This document shows positions 11,806 through 20,410 of a DNA stretch of 32,000 nucleotides, piece by piece. The stretch lies in NCBI RefSeq assembly GCF_000010065.1, contig NC_006576.1, positions 2,580,001 to 2,612,000 of the forward strand, in the 5' to 3' direction. Source of the stretch: Synechococcus elongatus PCC 6301 (GTDB taxonomy: Bacteria; Cyanobacteriota; Cyanobacteriia; Synechococcales; Synechococcaceae). How positions within the stretch are numbered: position 1 is the stretch's first letter; each line of letters opens with the position of its first letter. A program made the translations under genes and the position numbers. The notes under the pieces are model-generated. The model worked only from the letters and a program-made list of their open reading frames with translations, had not been told where the DNA came from and searched no databases.

Positions 11806-12201
11806 TTGTGTAAATCAATGAATCTATTCTTGTCTGGCATTGTGTATTTCGCTTCTTTTCAGGTATTGGCAATCGCACAGAACCCAGCAAGTTACACCAT
11901 CCCACTGGGTAAAACCATCACTGCTACTCCTAGTAATCTCACCATTCAATATCGATCGCTGGTTGCCGATTCCCGTTGTCCCACAGGGGCGCGATGCGTT
12001 TGGGCTGGGGATGCAGAGGTTGTTTTAGCGATCGCAGGCAAAGATTACAGCTTCCACACAACCCTAGAACCCCAAAGTCATGTTTTTGGACGCTACCGCG
12101 TTCGCCTCACTCAAGTCGATCCCTATCCCAGCCTCAACCCTCAACCCAATTCAAAACCCGCTGCTGTCACGATTGAAATTGAGGCGATCGCACCCAACTA
12201 A
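11806..12201 (+). CDS. Secreted hypothetical protein
   Basis: Signal-like N-terminus (MNLFLSGIVYFASFQVLAIAQ) and DSRCPTGARCVWAGDAEV motif. Confidence 0.6.
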   Translation: MCKSMNLFLSGIVYFASFQVLAIAQNPASYTIPLGKTITATPSNLTIQYRSLVADSRCPTGARCVWAGDAEVVLAIAGKDYSFHTTLEPQSHVFGRYRVRLTQVDPYPSLNPQPNSKPAAVTIEIEAIAPN

Positions 12202-12274
12202 CTCCAAAACATAGCTGCTTAAAACGAATAAAAGACTATAGAGATCGCATCCATGACACTCCTCAGCTCCACGA

Positions 12275-13510
12275 TTGAATCATCACAATCTGCGAGCAAA
12301 GCGAGACCGCATCATGGAAGTTTCGACGGGCTACCTTCCGCAGGCAGTCTTCGCCCCTGCCGATCAAGGTCATCCTGCCCCGCGTGTCTTTATCTCGCCC
12401 CAGCGCTACATCCAAGGGCGAGGTGTTTTGCGGAGTGTTGGCCGCTACCTCTCCCTATTGCAGGCAAAACGAGCAGGCCTGCTGATGTCGCAACGCAGCA
12501 GTCGAAATGAAGGAGATTTATTACTAGCCGGACTGCGATCGGCTGGTGTTGATGCTGTCGTCAGCACCTTTCAGGGCGAATGTACAACCGATGAAATCAC
12601 CGCTCACACCACCGCTTTTTCCAAAGAGCGAATCGACTGCGTGATTGCTGCGGGAGGTGGGAAATGTATCGATACCGGTAAAGCGATCGCGTTTCGGTTG
12701 GGGATTCCTGTCGTTGTCGTCCCGACCCTTGCCTCCAACGATGCCCCCTGTTCTGCGCTCTCTGTCCTCTACTCCCCTGAGGGAATTTCTCAAGGCGTCG
12801 AGTTCTATCCCAATAGCCCAGCCATCGTGGTTGTCGATACCGACATCATTGCCGCAGCGCCCGAACGCTACCTTGTGGCTGGGATGGGTGACGCGATGGC
12901 GACTTGGTATGAGGCGTCTGTCTGTCTTCGTAATCCGGCGGCTGTCACAACCGTGGGCGCTCGTCCCACCTTGGCTGCATGTGCGATCGGTGAAGTCTGT
13001 GCCCATACCCTCTTTCAAGAAGGCTGTGCTGCCGCTGCGGCTGTTGCCTCCAAAACGGTCAACGACGCCTTGGAGTCAGTGGTAGAAGCAAATACCTTAC
13101 TTAGCGGGCTGGGCTTTGAAAGTGGTGGGTTGGCCGGCGCTCATGCTGTCGCCCAAAGCTACACAGCGATTCCCCATGTGCGTGCCAACTACCTTCACGG
13201 CGAAATGGTAGCGATGGGGACTCTTGCTCAACTGATGATGGAATCGCGCCCCAAGGAAGCAACACGAGTTGCCGAGTTTTTTGCTGCTGTTGGGCTGCCG
13301 ATTCATCTTGGTCAACTCTCGCTAAGCAGTAGCGACACCCAAGCTTTAGAGATCGTTAGTGAAGCTTCATTAGGCTTCCCTTTTGTCGGTAATATGCCAA
13401 TGAAAATAACACCAGAATTTGTGAAATCTGCAATTCTTGATGCTCATCACCTAGGACTCAGTATACCCGAGCAGATCGGAGACAGTGCTTATCGACATCT
13501 ACAGGGCTAA
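12275..13510 (+). CDS. Iron-containing alcohol/glycerol dehydrogenase family protein
   Basis: GGGKCIDTGKAIAFRLGIPVVVVPTLASNDAPCS, GMGDAMATWYEA, HGEMVAMGTLAQL metal-binding regions; start may be internal (MEVSTGYLPQ at 12314). Confidence 0.85.
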   Translation: MNHHNLRAKRDRIMEVSTGYLPQAVFAPADQGHPAPRVFISPQRYIQGRGVLRSVGRYLSLLQAKRAGLLMSQRSSRNEGDLLLAGLRSAGVDAVVSTFQGECTTDEITAHTTAFSKERIDCVIAAGGGKCIDTGKAIAFRLGIPVVVVPTLASNDAPCSALSVLYSPEGISQGVEFYPNSPAIVVVDTDIIAAAPERYLVAGMGDAMATWYEASVCLRNPAAVTTVGARPTLAACAIGEVCAHTLFQEGCAAAAAVASKTVNDALESVVEANTLLSGLGFESGGLAGAHAVAQSYTAIPHVRANYLHGEMVAMGTLAQLMMESRPKEATRVAEFFAAVGLPIHLGQLSLSSSDTQALEIVSEASLGFPFVGNMPMKITPEFVKSAILDAHHLGLSIPEQIGDSAYRHLQG

Positions 13511-13616
13511 ACCCAATTCCCATCAGATGAGGGCAATACAAAGATCGCTTAAAACTGAGCTTGTCTTAGGCAAAGGGTATGGTGTTGTCTTGAATGATTG
13601 TCACGAGGCTCGTTGA

Positions 13617-15257
13617 TTACTTGGATCCTACTCCGGCTGCCGCGATCGCGAAAGCCTGTTGACGGTGTTTGCGCAGGGTTTCGACTGGCAGTGGGCCGCG
13701 CAGATGTTGCCAAGGTAATGGTGCTTCAGGCTCCCAGTCTTGGAAAACGTAAAAATCCAGCGGTGGTAGTGTTCCTTTCAGCTCCTTGAAAGCGCGACGG
13801 TAGCTACCCAGCGATTCACCGTAGTGACGCACTCGTTCTAAAAGAGAACTGAGGCGGCGATCGCCTCTGGAGATCAGCGCTTGAATCACGGACCAGCTAT
13901 AACTTTCAGGCCGAAATTCGATGCCCTGTGGCCGTAACTGCTTCTGCAAAAATTGCAACCGCTTCTCCGCTTTTGGCGATACGCCCTGCCATTGGAATGG
14001 CGTCTGGGCTTTGGGAACAAAGGTGCTGCAACCATAGCTGAGCCGTAGCCCCGGTGCCGCTTTCTTCAGCCCTTTCAGCATCTCTGCGGTTGCCAGCAAA
14101 TCATCTTCCGTTTCGGTCGGGACTCCCGCCATACCGTAGAGTTTTAGCCCTTGTAGTCCACCGGCTTTGGCATTGACTGCCGCTTCTGTAATCTCAGCCT
14201 GAGCCAGCTTTTTGTTGATCACTTGGCGGAGTCGTTCTGAGCCACTTTCCACCGCGATCGTCAGTGACTTCGTGCCGCGCTGCGCCAAAATACTGGCAAA
14301 TTTTTCAGTGACCGTATTGGTTCGTACTGAAGCCACACTGAGGCGAACATCGGTAAATTCTGGCTGTCCTAACCGGTCCAGTAAGGCCGGAAATTCAGGA
14401 TGCTGCGTGACCGAAGCACCCAATAGACCAATCCGCTGCGTTGCCGTCAATCCGCGAGCGATCGCAGGTTGCAGTGATTCCTCAAGGCTGGCGGTACGGA
14501 ATGGCAGGGTCAGATAGCTGGCGAGGCAAAAGCGACACATCTCAGGGCAGCTACGCACCACCTCGACCATGTAGATGCTTTCCCAAGCAGCGCGAGGTGT
14601 CACTACCGTTGAAGCGGAGAGAACATTACCGCGATAGGTCTGCTTCTCGATTTGGACTGGAATGTCGTTATCGATGGGTTGGATCGTGGCGATCGCCCCA
14701 TCTGCCGCCTCATAAATCGGTTCGTAAAGCGCCGGAATATAGAGCCCTGGAACTTGAGCCAGTTGTCGGAGCTTTTCTGCTCGTGGGCGATCGCGTAGGG
14801 GTTGATAAGCGTCGATAAACGCGTCGAGCAGCACTTCACCATCCCCGACCAAGATCACATCGAAGAAATCAGCAAAGGGCTCCGGATTTGCCGTCAACGT
14901 TGGGCCGCCCCCAAACACGAGCGGATGCTCATCGCCACGATCGCGCGATCGCAGGGGGATGCCCAACTGCTCCAGCATCGCCAGAATGTTGACGTAGTCC
15001 AGCTCCCAGGACAGCGAAAAGCCCAGGAGTTCCGGCTGACGGGGCAGGGGTTCTGCAATATCTGTAAATAGGCGACTGACCTGCAGATCCGATCGCGCTG
15101 CAAGCGTTGCCCAAACAATCTGGAAACCAAGGCTGGTAATCCCGACGCTGTACTCGTTCGGGAAGGCAAAAATCAGCGGCACCGCATTGGCGATCGGTGT
15201 GGCCGGCTCAAACAACAGCGTTTCGTCAGCAAAGACGCTGCTTGCAGTTGAACTCAT
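13617..15257 (-). CDS. Uncharacterised radical SAM protein (B12-binding-like radical SAM family)
   Basis: CPEMCRFCLAS cluster motif, LTIAVESGSERLRQVINK, LKLYGMAGVPTETEDD. Start taken as MSSTASSVF at 15257 instead of track start 15401 because of ATGA overlap with upstream gene. Confidence 0.85.
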   Translation of the reverse strand: MSSTASSVFADETLLFEPATPIANAVPLIFAFPNEYSVGITSLGFQIVWATLAARSDLQVSRLFTDIAEPLPRQPELLGFSLSWELDYVNILAMLEQLGIPLRSRDRGDEHPLVFGGGPTLTANPEPFADFFDVILVGDGEVLLDAFIDAYQPLRDRPRAEKLRQLAQVPGLYIPALYEPIYEAADGAIATIQPIDNDIPVQIEKQTYRGNVLSASTVVTPRAAWESIYMVEVVRSCPEMCRFCLASYLTLPFRTASLEESLQPAIARGLTATQRIGLLGASVTQHPEFPALLDRLGQPEFTDVRLSVASVRTNTVTEKFASILAQRGTKSLTIAVESGSERLRQVINKKLAQAEITEAAVNAKAGGLQGLKLYGMAGVPTETEDDLLATAEMLKGLKKAAPGLRLSYGCSTFVPKAQTPFQWQGVSPKAEKRLQFLQKQLRPQGIEFRPESYSWSVIQALISRGDRRLSSLLERVRHYGESLGSYRRAFKELKGTLPPLDFYVFQDWEPEAPLPWQHLRGPLPVETLRKHRQQAFAIAAAGVGSK

Positions 15258-16000
15258 GACCAATCCGTAACGGCACGCCAAGCAAAGCGAGGCAAAGCCA
15301 GCATCCGTCGCCAGCGCCAAGGCTCTTGGATTAGTCGCCAAGTCCATTCCAAGTTGAGCTGTTGCAACAGCCGGGGAGCGCGTTGCTTTTGACCCGACCA
15401 AACATCAAAGCTGCCGCCAATGCCCATCCAAATCGACTGGGGCGAGAGGTGGCGATGTTCTCGAATCCAAAACTCTTGGCGGGGCACTCCTAGACCGACC
15501 GGAATTAGTTGCGGTTGCTTCGTTTCCAAATCTCGCAGCAGTTGCGATCGCTCGTCATCACTAAGAAAGCCATGCTGGACGCCAGCAACTTTTAGCGTTG
15601 GATATTGTTGCTGCCAAACTTGTGCTGCTGCCGCCGCTACACCGGGCGCACCGCCAAAGAAAAAGACTTGCCAGCCTAAACCCGCTGCTTGGCAAATCAA
15701 ATCTGCTGCCAGCTCAATGCCGGGGCTGCGGCGCACTTTTCTGCCGCGTAGGCGCAGATACCAAACCACCCCAGCCCCATCAGGAATGACGAGATCGGCT
15801 TCGCGGATCGCCCGCCCTAGCTCTGGATCCTGCTCTGCCTGCATCGCCATTTCGGCATTGATCGTGATCACATGAGCCCCTTGCCCTTGACTCATGCGAT
15901 CGCCCAACCAAGTGGGATAGTCCGCGCAGAGATCGACGGGAAGCTGAAAGACTTTGTGACGCTGGCGATCGGGCACGGAAACCAAAGGCATGGAGGCCAT
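15254..16000 (-). CDS. WecG/TagA/CpsF family glycosyltransferase
   Basis: HVITINAEMAMQAEQDPELGRAIREADLVIPDGAGVVWYLRLRG, FFFGGAPGVAAAAA, VGLGVPRQEFWIREH, WMGIGGSFDVWSGQKQRAPRLLQQLNLEWTWRLIQEP. Start at 16000 or at MPLVSV just downstream; the 16246 track start would invade the divergent gene. Confidence 0.9.
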   Translation of the reverse strand: MASMPLVSVPDRQRHKVFQLPVDLCADYPTWLGDRMSQGQGAHVITINAEMAMQAEQDPELGRAIREADLVIPDGAGVVWYLRLRGRKVRRSPGIELAADLICQAAGLGWQVFFFGGAPGVAAAAAQVWQQQYPTLKVAGVQHGFLSDDERSQLLRDLETKQPQLIPVGLGVPRQEFWIREHRHLSPQSIWMGIGGSFDVWSGQKQRAPRLLQQLNLEWTWRLIQEPWRWRRMLALPRFAWRAVTDWS

Positions 16001-16102
16001 CCTGGACAAGGGCTGTTCGCTCCGGACAGATTTTGGGAGGATCAGACGATTACACGTTAATTCTAGGGAGTGAAGCGATCGCTTCGCTGCCACTGGAGAG
16101 CC

Positions 16103-19100
16103 ATGACCCCCGCACCTTCGCCCTCGGTTGAAGCCCAACTCGATCGCTACTACCAGCAAATTCAAGCGGTCATCCTCGAGCGTCAGCATCCGGTTTCGGG
16201 GCTGATGCCAGCGAGTACGGCGGTCAATACCCACGGCAACTATCAAGATGCTTGGGTGCGGGATAACGTCTACAGCATCCTCGCCGTTTGGGGTCTAGCG
16301 ATCGCCTACGGTAAGCACAGCTTGCAGCCCACGCGGGCTTATCAACTGGAGCACAGCGTCATTAAACTGATGCGCGGCCTGCTGTTCGCGATGATGCAGC
16401 AGGCGGACAATGTCGAGCGCTTCAAAAACACCCAAGATCCCCTCGACGCACTCCACGCCAAATACGACACACCTACCGGCAGCACAATCGTCGGCGATAG
16501 CGAGTGGGGGCATTTACAACTCGATGCCACGTCGCTCTTTTTGGTGATGCTGGCCCAAATGACCAACTCGGGGCTGGGGATTGTCTATAGCTTGGATGAG
16601 GTCAACTTTATCCAAAATCTGGTCTGGTACATCGGCCGCACCTACCGCACGCCGGATTACGGCATTTGGGAACGCGGCAACAAGATTAACCACGGCAACG
16701 CGGAGCTGAACGCTAGCTCGATTGGCATGGCCCAAGCGGCGCTGGAGGCAATGAGTGGCTTCAACCTGTCTGGGATTGAGGGCGATCAGTCTTCCGTAAT
16801 TCACGTCATGCCCGATGAGATTGCGCGGACGCGGCTGACCTTGCAATCGCTGCTGCCTCGGGAATCGGCCTCCAAGGAAGTGGATGCGGCCACCCTGAGT
16901 GTGATTGGCTTTCCCGCTTTTGCCGTTGAAGATCCGGAGCTGATCGATCGCACCCGCCGCAAAATTGTTGAAAAACTCGAAGGCCGCTACGGCTGTAAGC
17001 GCTTCCTGCGCGACGGCCACCAAACGGCGATCGAGGATACGAGCCGCCTCCACTACGAGCCGTGGGAATTGCAGCAGTTCGAGCACATCGAGTGTGAATG
17101 GCCGCTGTTTTTTACCTACCTACTGCTCGATGCTCTATTCGCAGGCGATCGCGATCGCGCCCAACACTACCGCGAGCGACTGAATTTTCTGCAGGTACGG
17201 CAGGGTGAATTTGGCTTGCTGCCCGAGCTGTACTACGTGCCGTTGGAACGGATTGAGGCGGAGCGGGCCAATCCCCGCAGTCAAGCGCGCCTCCCCAACG
17301 ACAACATCCCCTTAGTCTGGGCTCAGAGCCTCTACCTGCTGGGGCAAATGCTGGCGGATGACTTGATTGCCCCCGGTGACTTGGATCCCCTCGGGCGTCA
17401 CCTGCGATCGCAGCGACCTCGGCCCCAACCGCTGGTTCAAATTGCCTTGATTGCTGAGGACGAGGCACTGCAAGCAGAACTGGCGGTGCGGGGCATTGCC
17501 AGCCAAACCCCCAGTCAAGTGGCTCCGATTCAGATTCGTAGCGCTGCTGATCTGGCGCAGGTCTATGGCCAAGTAGGCCGCAATACCAAGCTGCGCTTGA
17601 CGGGTCGCCCCATTCGTCGTCTGCGCAGCCTAAGCACGGCGAAGGTCTACCGTTTGGCCGGTGAACGGGTTGTTTTTCTGCCAACCTTCCTCGATCAGCG
17701 GCAGTCCTATCTGCCCTTGGACTACACCCTGCTAATCGACCAGTTCAAGGGCGAATTACGGTACATCCAGCGCAACTGGGATGCCCTCGGCCGCCCGACC
17801 CTGACTTTGTTGCTCACTCACACCATGCTGGAAACGGGGCAGGAAGCGCTGCTCGATCTAATGGCAGAGTTGCAACAAGGCGAATGTAGTGGTGTGGCCA
17901 TTAAGCTGGGGCCACTGCAACAACTGCTGCGCACTGCTTCGACGGAACGCATCGATAATCTCCACGACTTCCGGTTTGTGGAAGCTGCGGTGCAAGATGG
18001 GCAACCCCTACAGCAGTACTGGCTCCAGCATGATCCGGCCTGCGATCGCCCGCTCAGTCGTCGCCAAGAATTTGATTTGGAAGTTGAGGCTGATGTCGAT
18101 GTGCTGATTCAGCAGCTGCGCGAGAGCGTCAACCTCTACGAACAGGTAGAGCTGTTGCAGGATTTGCAAGCGATCGCGGGTGAGGCTGCCGAGATTCAAC
18201 TCCACAGCGATCGCCTGCCCGTCAGTCTCACAACCTTGCTGGAAGAAGTCTATGAATGTGGGGCACAACTACGGCTCTGGGGCGTGGTGCGTCGGGCTGC
18301 CGGTTTGCTGGGACGAGTGGATATCAGCCTGGCGGATGCAGTGACCGATCTACTGGTGCGGCAAAAGCAAATTGCAGTCGGCAAAGCCTACAGTCGTGAT
18401 TCCTTGATTGCGGAGCCACTGACCACACCGGAACTGCAAGAAAAAATCAATCTCTACTGTCGTGAAGATATCCGTGAACGGGTTTTGACCCAAGAAATTT
18501 TGGTTCACCTCAATGTCTTGGTCAAGAGTGACCCCGATCAATTCCGAGGCTTCCTAACGCTGCGTGTCGGCTATCTGATCCTGTTGCTAACCAGTGACTT
18601 AGCGCAGGAACGAAAACTGACCCAAGATGAAGCCTACGAGCAGTTGATGCAGTTGAGTCCACATGAGGTCAAACAGCGACTGCGATCGGTGATCTTTGGC
18701 TTCGATACAGTCAATCAGTTGCTGCGTCAGCAAGAAAGCCTGCACCTCAACACAGCAGTTGCCAACATTGTTTGGCAATTGCCGGAAGCGAGCAGTGAGC
18801 CGGAAGAACCCGCTCAAAAAAACTGGCATCTACAACGGCAGCGAGAAGGAGCTCTCAATCGCGTTCCGACTCGTTTTTATCCGTGTGTTTGGGAGGTGAT
18901 GTGTCACTGCCGGGGCTTGGTGATTGGTGATAAGTTAGAGCGCCGCAATCGTCTCGATAGTGATCCATTACTGGCAGAAATGACACCGGGCGAAAAGAAC
19001 TTTGCGCTCTACATCGAGCATTTGCTCAACAAGATCGATGCGCCGGAATATCGGCAGATCACGATTGAAGCGCTGATGAGCTTGCATAGCTTCTTCGAAG

Positions 19101-19342
19101 ATAATCCCAGCCTGCGACTAGAGGATTACATTGTCCTGGATGTGTTGGTGGGTCATGCTGTGCGCTTGGCTTGGCTTGCGGATCATGCTGACCGTAGCGA
19201 TCGCTATGACGAAGATAAAGCTGCTGCTTGGCGGCAGTTCTATCAGCGATCGCCCGAGCAATGTCGTCGCTTTGTGGTTGAAGCCGTGCGCTTCTTGAGC
19301 GAGACAAAACAACCGGCATCTCCGGCTGAACTCCCTCGCTGA
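16103..19342 (+). CDS. GH15-like / phosphorylase kinase alpha/beta subunit-like protein (~1079 aa)
   Basis: LDRYYQQIQAVILERQHPVSGLMPAS..DAWVRDNVYSILAVWGLAIAYGK, LEHSVIKLMRGLLFAMMQQADNVERFK, SEWGHLQLDATSLFLVMLAQMTNSGLGIVYSLDEVNFIQNLVWYIGRTYRTPDYGIWERGNK; ADAVTDLLVRQKQIAVG and EMTPGEKNFALYIEHLLNKIDAPEYRQITIEAL in the C-terminal half. Start ATG at 16103 preceded by GGAGAG. Confidence 0.88.
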   Translation: MTPAPSPSVEAQLDRYYQQIQAVILERQHPVSGLMPASTAVNTHGNYQDAWVRDNVYSILAVWGLAIAYGKHSLQPTRAYQLEHSVIKLMRGLLFAMMQQADNVERFKNTQDPLDALHAKYDTPTGSTIVGDSEWGHLQLDATSLFLVMLAQMTNSGLGIVYSLDEVNFIQNLVWYIGRTYRTPDYGIWERGNKINHGNAELNASSIGMAQAALEAMSGFNLSGIEGDQSSVIHVMPDEIARTRLTLQSLLPRESASKEVDAATLSVIGFPAFAVEDPELIDRTRRKIVEKLEGRYGCKRFLRDGHQTAIEDTSRLHYEPWELQQFEHIECEWPLFFTYLLLDALFAGDRDRAQHYRERLNFLQVRQGEFGLLPELYYVPLERIEAERANPRSQARLPNDNIPLVWAQSLYLLGQMLADDLIAPGDLDPLGRHLRSQRPRPQPLVQIALIAEDEALQAELAVRGIASQTPSQVAPIQIRSAADLAQVYGQVGRNTKLRLTGRPIRRLRSLSTAKVYRLAGERVVFLPTFLDQRQSYLPLDYTLLIDQFKGELRYIQRNWDALGRPTLTLLLTHTMLETGQEALLDLMAELQQGECSGVAIKLGPLQQLLRTASTERIDNLHDFRFVEAAVQDGQPLQQYWLQHDPACDRPLSRRQEFDLEVEADVDVLIQQLRESVNLYEQVELLQDLQAIAGEAAEIQLHSDRLPVSLTTLLEEVYECGAQLRLWGVVRRAAGLLGRVDISLADAVTDLLVRQKQIAVGKAYSRDSLIAEPLTTPELQEKINLYCREDIRERVLTQEILVHLNVLVKSDPDQFRGFLTLRVGYLILLLTSDLAQERKLTQDEAYEQLMQLSPHEVKQRLRSVIFGFDTVNQLLRQQESLHLNTAVANIVWQLPEASSEPEEPAQKNWHLQRQREGALNRVPTRFYPCVWEVMCHCRGLVIGDKLERRNRLDSDPLLAEMTPGEKNFALYIEHLLNKIDAPEYRQITIEALMSLHSFFEDNPSLRLEDYIVLDVLVGHAVRLAWLADHADRSDRYDEDKAAAWRQFYQRSPEQCRRFVVEAVRFLSETKQPASPAELPR

Positions 19343-19460
19343 GCCCAGAAGATGGTTTGGGTTAGATGGCGACTATTGTTTCGATTGAGAAAGTCATCAG
19401 ACGGGAAGCAACAGGCTTAAGCCCTTTGTTGTAAAGGATCATCATCGCAATCAACCCATG

Positions 19461-19516
19461 AAAAATCCCCATCTCGCAGAGGACGTGAACGACAACATTC
19501 TGTCTTGAGATGGGGA
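19461..19516 (-). terminator. Rho-independent terminator of the rubrerythrin gene
   Basis: On minus strand TCCCCATCTC...GAGATGGGGA perfect 10 bp stem (inner CAGA/TCTG pairing too) followed by TTTTT. Confidence 0.8.
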
Positions 19517-19526
19517 CTGTTTGCGG

Positions 19527-19559
19527 GCGATCGCGGATGCTTAATTAAGCAGCGATCGC
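19527..19559. repeat. Example pair of HIP1 octamers (GCGATCGC), part of a genome-style dispersed repeat found throughout the window
   Basis: GCGATCGC at 19527-19534 and 19552-19559; many more elsewhere in coding and non-coding DNA. Confidence 0.9.
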
Positions 19560-20261
19560 GGGCTCTTGGTAGGGAACAAAACTCTTTTTCGTCACTCCGC
19601 AGATCGGGCAGGACCAATCCTCTGGAATGGCTGCGAAGGGTGTCCCGGGTGCAATGCCAGAGTCCAGATCGCCTTCAGCCGGATCGTAAATGACAGAGCA
19701 TTGCAGGCAAATCCATTTCTGAGTTGCCGGATTTGAGTCTGCGGGCGCTTTGCTCGCGGTGCCACTTTCTAAGGCTTGCAGGGCAACGCCGTACTGCTTG
19801 GCATGGTACTCCTCGATTGGGGTCAGCAGGCCAAAGTTTTTGGCAGCCGTTTTGAAGATGCCGGCATGCTCGCGAGACTCTTCCTCTTGCTCCTTGAATT
19901 CCGCCGCTGCACTAGCGTCTCTCTCCGTCACGGCTTGGGCATAGAACTCGGGGTACATCGTTGTGAACTCGTAGGTCTCCCCTTCGATCGCCAGTTCCAG
20001 ACAGCGAGCTGCAATCTGTTTCTTCTCCTCTTCGCTGAGGCTTTCTGGATTGGCAACGACTAGTTCTGGGTGGAGCAGACGGAAGTGGGCGAAGGCATGC
20101 TCAGTCTCTTGATTAGCGGTTTCTCGGAAGAGTTTGGCGAGATCGGTGAGACCCAATTTTTTGCAGACATCTGCGAAGAAGAGGTACTTGCGGTTGGCCA
20201 TCGATTCACCCCCGAAGGCAGCTTCGAGGTTGGCCAAGGTGGTGGGGTTGGAGAGGTCCAT
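19545..20261 (-). CDS. Rubrerythrin-like protein: ferritin-like domain plus C-terminal rubredoxin domain
   Basis: ETANQETEHAFAHF, EFKEQEEESREHAGIF diiron motifs; WICLQCSVIYDP...WSCPICGVTKKSF rubredoxin. Start probably MDLSNPTTL at 20261 rather than track start 20285. Confidence 0.92.
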   Translation of the reverse strand: MDLSNPTTLANLEAAFGGESMANRKYLFFADVCKKLGLTDLAKLFRETANQETEHAFAHFRLLHPELVVANPESLSEEEKKQIAARCLELAIEGETYEFTTMYPEFYAQAVTERDASAAAEFKEQEEESREHAGIFKTAAKNFGLLTPIEEYHAKQYGVALQALESGTASKAPADSNPATQKWICLQCSVIYDPAEGDLDSGIAPGTPFAAIPEDWSCPICGVTKKSFVPYQEPAIAA

Positions 20262-20286
20262 TCGGTGACAGGTGCCAGGTAACAAC

Positions 20287-20311
20287 TTATCTAAGAATAA
20301 GTCTTAGATAA
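20287..20311. promoter_or_regulatory. Candidate operator between rubrerythrin and PerR-like genes
   Basis: Perfect inverted repeat TTATCTAAGA-ATAAG-TCTTAGATAA in the divergent intergenic region. Confidence 0.7.
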
Positions 20312-20410
20312 AAAGCTGTCAAACCTAAAACTAAAAAACATTGAGATCTGAGTCAAATCTAGGAGAAAGGCTAGGATGGAAGAGCCCCTGATCTGCCTGC
20401 TCTCGGTTCT

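Noticed and set aside
13617-15401. Track start 15401 of the radical SAM ORF
   Set aside because: The extra 48 aa overlap the end of the glycosyltransferase gene by far more than the clean ATGA overlap at 15257.
16072-16085. Palindrome GAAGCGATCGCTTC upstream of the PhK-like gene as a possible operator
   Set aside because: It is a HIP1 site with a slightly extended palindrome; such extensions are expected by chance given HIP1 abundance.
15254-16246. Full-length track ORF of the glycosyltransferase starting at 16246
   Set aside because: The first ~82 aa overlap the start of the divergent large PhK-like gene and do not look like the family; homology-like sequence begins near 16000.
16295-18829. 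Minus-strand ORFs opposite the PhK-like gene (e.g. 16514..17086, 17112..17684)
   Set aside because: Shadow ORFs of a convincing long coding sequence on the other strand.
19417-19617. ORF 19417..19617 (66 aa, minus strand)
   Set aside because: Lies over the rubrerythrin terminator and 3' end; unlikely coding.
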